Positions 57,834 to 64,000 of a stretch of DNA of 64,000 nucleotides are shown here, piece after piece. The notes below the pieces were generated by a model, which was not told the origin of the DNA, ran no database searches, and was given only the letters and a program-made list of their open reading frames with translations. The stretch lies in the IMG/VR virus record IMGVR_UViG_3300020165_002937. One strand, written 5' to 3'. This DNA is from a virus. Each line of letters starts with the position of its first letter. Position 1 is the first letter of the stretch. The position numbers and the translations under genes were made by a program.

Positions 57834-60800
57834 ATGGCAGTATCAAAAGATAGCGAATCGGCGCAAGCAGGCCTAGGGGTCTTTAAAGCAATCGATGAAT
57901 GTGGTCCGACGATTAAAGAGAACATGGCTCTTTACGATCAGGTTATGGCCCCACTTGAAGCGGCTTTACTAAGTAACACGATGGACGGCACCCCGCTTAC
58001 CGGCGAGCCAATATACGATGACATGTCTTCCGAGCAGAAAGCTAACTACGAACTCATGATGGATCTTTTTTACCCCGGATTCAGCACCGCCGGCCCCCTC
58101 AGTTCAGTTGGAGATCTCTCGTCTAGAAATTATTCTTCCAGTACTCCCGGATACTTGACTGGCGACGAATTGGAAACAATTAGTAAACTCCTCAACAGGG
58201 AGAATACCACCGAAGAGGAAACAGAAGCTGCCCTCGCAGCAGCAATCATGGGAACCTCTCGAAACGCCAAAGCCGCCGGCTCCGGTAACAACGGCTCAGT
58301 TAAAAAGCTGCTTGAACAAATTGAATCGAACCTAGTTTTGAATTGGGAAGAGAGATCCCATGTCCGCGACAAGATGTACCACGCGAAGACTAATAATCTT
58401 TTAGATTATGATGGCTCTAAAGAGTTCACTATCGGCAACAACACTAAAGGACTCACCAAGGGTGATGGGCCCAGCCTAACCCCGGCCCAGCAAGCCTACG
58501 TAGACTTCGTTAGAGCCGATTATCTCAAGAATAATACTAGCGGCTTCGGCTCGACCGGCGCCAAAGACGCCAAGAAAGCTTTTGACGAAATGAAAAAATG
58601 CGAAAAGAGTATAACGGATGCAGACCAAAGACTAAAAGACTCGAAGCTGGATAACCGTGCGCTAGCACTGCTTGGGCTGCAAGAAGGAGCCAGCCTCTAC
58701 GCCCAGGCCGTTGCACTCGCCGGCCAGATGGGCCTTGGTGGCCTCAGTGACGAAAACGACGAACAGATTCGAGATGCCTATAACGATGTAAGCGAAACAG
58801 CTACCCAATTGGCGCTCACTGCTATGGGTGTGGACATGAACTATAAGGAGCAATGCTACTTGCTCGCCAAGATATTGCAGCTTTCGCAATACAAAATGAG
58901 TATAATTGATCAAGGTTTGGACAGGGGTTCCCCAGCGAAAAAAACGTTACCGTATGTTAAAGGCGCTGGCAACAGTAGCATACAGGCAATGGGCGACCCT
59001 TATGGTTTTGTCAATAAGCTGACACAATCCGGTCGTTTTGAAGAATTTTTTAATATAGAAGGCAGGGATCTATCATCGATGCAACCATACATAAGGCTGT
59101 ACAAGATGACTCGAAAAAAGTTTAACGGCACAATGGGGGACATAGAGACTCCAATACAATTTGACTCAGTACAGAAACCTGGCGACCTTAAGGAATTTTT
59201 TAAGAAAAAAGAGGCTAGAGGGTTTGGGGTTGGTATAAAAGATTTTACATTTAAATATGAGGGCTCTAACCCTTTTTCGGTCAAGAAAAGTATTAGTGCT
59301 AAGCTGACTATCCACGCAAACTCCTTTGACGAGTTAATCCAGCCAAGAACCTCAACAAATCCAGGATCAAGCAATTCTTCAAAATATCGATATTTGGATT
59401 TATGCCTGAAAACTGGCAATATTACAAAAAAGAAAGAGCAGGCTTATGATGACTATGTTGGAAAAGCGATACAAAGAATTCAAGATTCAAAAAACTATTC
59501 ATTAGATTTTAGATTAAAAGCGGTTGTAGGCTGGTCTACCCCGAGTTCGCATGGGGATAACTCAACAGCCACTGCCACAAAAAGAAGAAAGATGCTGGAT
59601 GCGGTAGACGACAGCTATATCACATTAAATTTGACCCCCACAACACACGAATTTAACATAGGCGACGACGGCCGCGTAGAATTTGTTATAAATTATTTAG
59701 CATATGTCGATGAGCTGTTTGATCAGCCCAACTATAACATATTTTCCACCGGTGCTTTGAACGCCGCGGCTTTTTTGGCAGAGGTAGAAAAGAAAGACGC
59801 CCTTGTTAAGTGTGATGAAAAAAAAGGTGCTACTGCCAAGCAATCTAAAGACGGGGCCCTATCAACGTGGATTGAGGGCCAAAAAGCTTCTAGCCTGCAG
59901 AACATAATCCACTCTCTTTCAGATAAAGGAAGAATTTTTTATGCGCGTATTCCGCGGACTGACTTGGCTCTGTTTACTTCGCAAGGCCCGTTTTACGAGC
60001 GCGCCGGCGCCACTTTAGATGTGGCGGCTTCTGAAAGCCTACGAAAGAGCATGAAAAAGGAGGTTAATGAGATGATTAGGCCGCTTGATGCTGCGTGGGT
60101 TGAAACAAAAGATAAAGATGGAAACCCGGCCGGTGTTGACTCCGAAGGCCTTAGTTTCAAAGAGTGGGACCTTCAAAACAAACGAAATCTGCAGTTTTCG
60201 AGTTCAGCTTATAGCTGGGACGAAGAACATATAGCTTTCTTTTTTCTAAGCGATCTCATAGACACTATTTTGAAATCGATCGAGGGGGCACTCAGTGACT
60301 TCTCGACAGAGCTAACCAAAATGCAACATCCCAATAGCAACTTTCCAAATCCAAAAGTTGCTGTCACAAAAGCGGAAGAAAAGTTAGAAATTGAAAGATT
60401 TGAAAGGTTATCGGAGCAATTTGAGAAATTTCGTGTAGTGCTCGGCCCAATTGAAATAGTCGACCCAAAAAGCGAACTACATACCCAATTTCTTTCTATG
60501 GGCGATCTCCCAATATCGGTAAAATATTTTGTTGAATGGCTTTCTTCTGAAGTGGTTGGTAAAGCAACTTCGAATTATCCGTTAACTACTTTTTTATCGA
60601 GATTGATGAACAACCTATTGCGTGATTTTATAAATACTGATTCATGTTGGGCCAAAAGAGGATTTCAGAAATTAAGGCTGTTCAATACCACGATAACCGA
60701 TTATGAATTAGAGGGAACGGGCCTTGATTCCCTTACAAACCGAGCCCTCCGCGGAGGCCATCGGTTAGTTGTAGGAGACTTAACTAACAGCGAACAAGGC

Positions 60801-61568
60801 CATAAGCGACTGTTGAACATCTCAGGACCAAAAAAAGGAACGATCGGTCCTCCCAATTCCGAAAGAAACTATTTAATTTTTCATGCAGGCCGAACCCAAC
60901 CAGTTCAAAAAATGAATGGCGATCGAGCTGAAGACCACGGCCGCGGCATATTTCATTATATTCTTGGCCGCGACAAAGGAATAATTAAAAACATAGCACT
61001 GACCAGAACTTCTACTGCGGGCCACAAAGAAGTAAGATTTGAAGGGGAGGGGTATAATGGGCTAGCCCAGTTAAGAGAAGTCTATGACGTTGAAATCGAA
61101 TCTTTTGCAAACATTTCAGCTTGGCCCGGTACTTATATTTTCGTCGACCCGCGCGGATTTGCTCCCACTTTAAGCTATGACATGAAGCAAGAAGGGTTTA
61201 ACTTCGAAGATTTGACTGACTATGGCCTAGGCGGTTATTACATGATAATTTCCTCAGAACACTCGTTTGGTCCGGGCTATGCCAATACGTCGATAACTGC
61301 AAAATGGACTCACCAGATCGATCACAAAGGAGACCAGCCAGCCTCCGGTCAGGAACTGCACGAAGCTGGTTACCAAGCCGGCGACCAGTCGACTATACCA
61401 AATTTACAATCTGGTAAATGTGCCTCTGTCAAGTCTGGCCGGCGCGATAGACTGGAAGCTGCCGAACTTGGCGTTGTGGACAACGACGGCAACGACTTTA
61501 TAACGTCTTTGCTTAAAAGTGTGCCTTTCTTCGGAGATGATGTGTCGAAAAAGCCAGGCCCCAAGTAG
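57834..61568 (+). CDS. large baseplate hub-like protein
   Basis: 1244 aa; C-terminal WPGTYIFVD...GLGGYYMIISSEHSF pattern typical of contractile-tail hub proteins; follows the LysM gene. Confidence 0.55.
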   Translation: MAVSKDSESAQAGLGVFKAIDECGPTIKENMALYDQVMAPLEAALLSNTMDGTPLTGEPIYDDMSSEQKANYELMMDLFYPGFSTAGPLSSVGDLSSRNYSSSTPGYLTGDELETISKLLNRENTTEEETEAALAAAIMGTSRNAKAAGSGNNGSVKKLLEQIESNLVLNWEERSHVRDKMYHAKTNNLLDYDGSKEFTIGNNTKGLTKGDGPSLTPAQQAYVDFVRADYLKNNTSGFGSTGAKDAKKAFDEMKKCEKSITDADQRLKDSKLDNRALALLGLQEGASLYAQAVALAGQMGLGGLSDENDEQIRDAYNDVSETATQLALTAMGVDMNYKEQCYLLAKILQLSQYKMSIIDQGLDRGSPAKKTLPYVKGAGNSSIQAMGDPYGFVNKLTQSGRFEEFFNIEGRDLSSMQPYIRLYKMTRKKFNGTMGDIETPIQFDSVQKPGDLKEFFKKKEARGFGVGIKDFTFKYEGSNPFSVKKSISAKLTIHANSFDELIQPRTSTNPGSSNSSKYRYLDLCLKTGNITKKKEQAYDDYVGKAIQRIQDSKNYSLDFRLKAVVGWSTPSSHGDNSTATATKRRKMLDAVDDSYITLNLTPTTHEFNIGDDGRVEFVINYLAYVDELFDQPNYNIFSTGALNAAAFLAEVEKKDALVKCDEKKGATAKQSKDGALSTWIEGQKASSLQNIIHSLSDKGRIFYARIPRTDLALFTSQGPFYERAGATLDVAASESLRKSMKKEVNEMIRPLDAAWVETKDKDGNPAGVDSEGLSFKEWDLQNKRNLQFSSSAYSWDEEHIAFFFLSDLIDTILKSIEGALSDFSTELTKMQHPNSNFPNPKVAVTKAEEKLEIERFERLSEQFEKFRVVLGPIEIVDPKSELHTQFLSMGDLPISVKYFVEWLSSEVVGKATSNYPLTTFLSRLMNNLLRDFINTDSCWAKRGFQKLRLFNTTITDYELEGTGLDSLTNRALRGGHRLVVGDLTNSEQGHKRLLNISGPKKGTIGPPNSERNYLIFHAGRTQPVQKMNGDRAEDHGRGIFHYILGRDKGIIKNIALTRTSTAGHKEVRFEGEGYNGLAQLREVYDVEIESFANISAWPGTYIFVDPRGFAPTLSYDMKQEGFNFEDLTDYGLGGYYMIISSEHSFGPGYANTSITAKWTHQIDHKGDQPASGQELHEAGYQAGDQSTIPNLQSGKCASVKSGRRDRLEAAELGVVDNDGNDFITSLLKSVPFFGDDVSKKPGPK

Positions 61569-61611
61569 TTACTTTAGATAGAGCTACAACGTTATAAAGG
61601 AGAACAACAGG

Positions 61612-62814
61612 ATGTCAAAACTATTTGTTAGAAGTGAAAATGATGGCGCCCGAAATTTATTTAAGAAGAGGACCATCTATAGATCAAACATGTACACAAT
61701 GTCTCAGGCCTACCCAAACATAGTAGATTTCAATCTCGGCGAAAAGTTCTTTTATGGTCGAACTAGTCAGTATTTTGAGCCAATTATATACCGTCAACGG
61801 TTTTCAAAATTAAGCATAATTAATTCTTTGGCTGATACTCCGACAAGGAGCCCCAAAGTCATTGATTTTGTTGCGGATGTGTTTAACCAGATGTTTGTAC
61901 AGTTCAGAAAAGGTCAACTTACGGGTAAACTATCTGATGACAAAAGCCCGATAAGCGAGTTTAAGATATATAAAGCTTTTGAAAGCCCCGACATTTTATA
62001 CCGTGAATATGTCAATGCGCAAATGCAGACACTGATCACAGTTGCAGCTAAAGAAAAGATCGTTTTTGAAAATTTTGATCAATTTTTTGAATATTTTATG
62101 AAATCGACGAATGCCTATACTCAAAAAATTCCTTTCACTCGACCAGCTTTCATTAAAAGCAAGTACTGTCCGATAACGTGTTCTGGACTGGCCATAGAAC
62201 TTGATGACGGAGAATATACAAACGACGAAGAAAAATGGAACATGATCGTCAAAAGCCCCAATTGGTTATATTATGTAAATCTTTGTAATACTTACGGATT
62301 TATGATCGATATGAGTTACCCTATGCGAATAGTAGCCGACATCGACTCTGAAATTATGCAAGAGTCAGCAGCGAAATATGGCCTGGATTCAACCGCGGTT
62401 ATCTTAGAACAAGCTTATGTCCCGGCTCACCAAGGATACCTTGCGCAATTTAAAAATATACTGTATAATACATACGTGCGTGCAACAAGCACAAAACAAG
62501 CAATCGAGAAGGATTGCGGAAATTCGTCAATACCCGCCATCTCAAAGAGTGTTGAATACAAAAAAGAAAGGTTTGACGAAATTTACGGGGATGAATTTTT
62601 TCTAAATGCATATTTTAAAATGAGGTTCCGAGAAGAGGAGTCTCACTTTACTGACGGGCAGAAATTCCGCATAATTGATGATTGTATGGAAAACTATTTG
62701 ATCAACGGTTTAGATAAGTCAATGGCAGATTTTGAAAGAATCTTAAACAAAACATTTGACTATCGTGGCTCAGTCAGCTATATTATGATGCAGCGGCGCA
62801 TTCAAGACAAGTAG
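61612..62814 (+). CDS. hypothetical protein
   Basis: 400 aa; SD AAGGAG. Confidence 0.65.
   Translation: MSKLFVRSENDGARNLFKKRTIYRSNMYTMSQAYPNIVDFNLGEKFFYGRTSQYFEPIIYRQRFSKLSIINSLADTPTRSPKVIDFVADVFNQMFVQFRKGQLTGKLSDDKSPISEFKIYKAFESPDILYREYVNAQMQTLITVAAKEKIVFENFDQFFEYFMKSTNAYTQKIPFTRPAFIKSKYCPITCSGLAIELDDGEYTNDEEKWNMIVKSPNWLYYVNLCNTYGFMIDMSYPMRIVADIDSEIMQESAAKYGLDSTAVILEQAYVPAHQGYLAQFKNILYNTYVRATSTKQAIEKDCGNSSIPAISKSVEYKKERFDEIYGDEFFLNAYFKMRFREEESHFTDGQKFRIIDDCMENYLINGLDKSMADFERILNKTFDYRGSVSYIMMQRRIQDK
62756..62784 (+). promoter_or_regulatory. sigma70-type promoter inside the upstream gene end
   Basis: TTGACT (62756-61), 17 bp, TATATT (62779-84); upstream of the polymerase gene. Confidence 0.7.
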
Positions 62815-62830
62815 CGCCCCAAGGTGCATT

Positions 62831-64000
62831 TTGTATTTTCAAACATTAGACGACAAAAAAGAGTGTGTTGGGGTTTATAGCAACGGCCACCTGAACTTTG
62901 ATGAAGTCCCGTCAGGGTTGACTAAGACATGGAAATATACTGGTTCTATCGACAAAGACGATATAGAGTACGCATGGCTCTTGTGTGGGGGTAAAGAATT
63001 AAGTGAAGTGTGTCCGCGGGATTTATCAGATCAACTGCTTTCGTCTCAAAAGAAATTTAATGCATTCATGAAAGCTTTTAGGACTGCCAACGTCGATCTG
63101 CGCCAAAATTGTATTTTTGATTTAGTGCCTTATGACTTCTTAAAAGAATTTTGCGAAATTAAGAATAGAATAACCGAACATGTATTTGAAAATTATAGTC
63201 AGCCAACAAATTATGAATTTTTAAAGGATGCATACAAACTCATACACAAAATAAGATATCAAGACTTAAATGTTGATGTTTCTGGCTGTCGCGATCTTTT
63301 CTTAAACAGCCAAGACTCCAGGAAGGTTAGCTCTATATTGAATGGAAGCAGGTTTATCGATTATAATTTGTTTGGTACCGCAACTGGCCGTTTATCTACC
63401 AAGCGCGGCTCATTCCCAATATTGACCATGAAAAAGAAATTTAGAAAATTGGTAAAACCTAAGAACGATTGGTTTATCTCCCTAGATTATAATAGTGCTG
63501 AAGTTAGAACTCTCCTAGCGCTCTCCGAAAGACCACAGCCGGAAATCGACATACATGACTGGCACTGTGAAACAGTGTTCAAACACGTGCCCGAACTCAC
63601 ACGCCAAAAAGCCAAAACTATGTTTTTTGCGTGGCTCTACAACCCTGCTTCTAAAAAAGCTAATATAGATTTCTATGATCGCGAAAAATTATTGAAAGAT
63701 TACTATAAAGATGGTATAATATCAACTCCACTTGGGAGGGACATTCGCGTGGTAAAAAATAAGGCTTTTAACTACCTAATTCAAAGCACAACAGCTGATT
63801 TAGTTATCGACAGAGCAATTCAGATTGACAAGGCATTAGAGGGCAAGCAGTCATTTATATCACACATAATTCATGATGAGATCGTTATTGATTTTAGTGA
63901 TAAAGAGCGTTATTTGTTGAAAGATATTAAAAATTTATTTGCCAACAATACACTTGATGAATATGTAGTCAACATTAAGGCTGGTCAAAATTATTATGAG
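62831..64000 (+). CDS. family A DNA polymerase, compact (partial; runs off window; absent from the ORF track)
   Basis: TTG start after AAGGTG. Manual translation gives TATGRLST, motif A LDYNSAEVR, motif B RQKAKTMFFAWLY, NYLIQSTTAD, motif C IHDEIV, and ends KAGQNYYE at the window edge. Confidence 0.9.
   Translation, partial: MYFQTLDDKKECVGVYSNGHLNFDEVPSGLTKTWKYTGSIDKDDIEYAWLLCGGKELSEVCPRDLSDQLLSSQKKFNAFMKAFRTANVDLRQNCIFDLVPYDFLKEFCEIKNRITEHVFENYSQPTNYEFLKDAYKLIHKIRYQDLNVDVSGCRDLFLNSQDSRKVSSILNGSRFIDYNLFGTATGRLSTKRGSFPILTMKKKFRKLVKPKNDWFISLDYNSAEVRTLLALSERPQPEIDIHDWHCETVFKHVPELTRQKAKTMFFAWLYNPASKKANIDFYDREKLLKDYYKDGIISTPLGRDIRVVKNKAFNYLIQSTTADLVIDRAIQIDKALEGKQSFISHIIHDEIVIDFSDKERYLLKDIKNLFANNTLDEYVVNIKAGQNYYE

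Noticed and set aside
1-64000. Stop-codon reassignment (alternative genetic code)
   Set aside because: Core genes are full length under the standard code, and TAA, TAG and TGA all end genes at tight junctions.
1-64000. tRNA/rRNA genes, integrase or transposase
   Set aside because: Intergenic gaps are short and none shows a cloverleaf or T-loop consensus by eye; no recombinase or transposase motifs were recognised.

Overview
The window is a 64-kb segment of a large T4-like (contractile-tailed) bacteriophage genome. It uses the standard genetic code and essentially every gene is on the + strand. It carries (i) baseplate/fibre-type structural genes (1-15.1 kb); (ii) a replication/recombination island (RuvC-like resolvase, then sigma70-driven FKBP/SlyD PPIase, DnaG-type primase and fused SbcD-SbcC/Mre11-Rad50); (iii) a variable island around a tubulin/FtsZ-family gene, plus a holin/spanin-like cassette; (iv) a T4-like head module (terminase, portal, prohead protease, scaffold, major capsid) that also contains a ribosomal protein bS21 and five paralogous fibre-like genes; (v) neck, tail sheath, tube, chaperone (with a likely frameshift), tape measure and baseplate genes; and (vi) a compact family A DNA polymerase running off the right edge. 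The most striking unexplained structure lies directly downstream of the tubulin gene. The last ~26 bp of that gene reappear as a direct repeat in front of each of four small unrelated genes, as in a polarised, integration-built cassette array. These genes, and several others in the window, share one of two N-terminal leaders (MKITKxxLxxIIKEE or MKxLxENWNxxLxE). Both leaders end in T4-type prohead-protease sites and may be capsid-targeting signals, which would make this a modular system for loading swappable cargo proteins into the virion. An ACTA(T/C/A)TTA late-promoter-like motif and a strong excess of the palindrome GCCGGC are also visible. All functional calls come from motif recognition and gene order; no database search was run.
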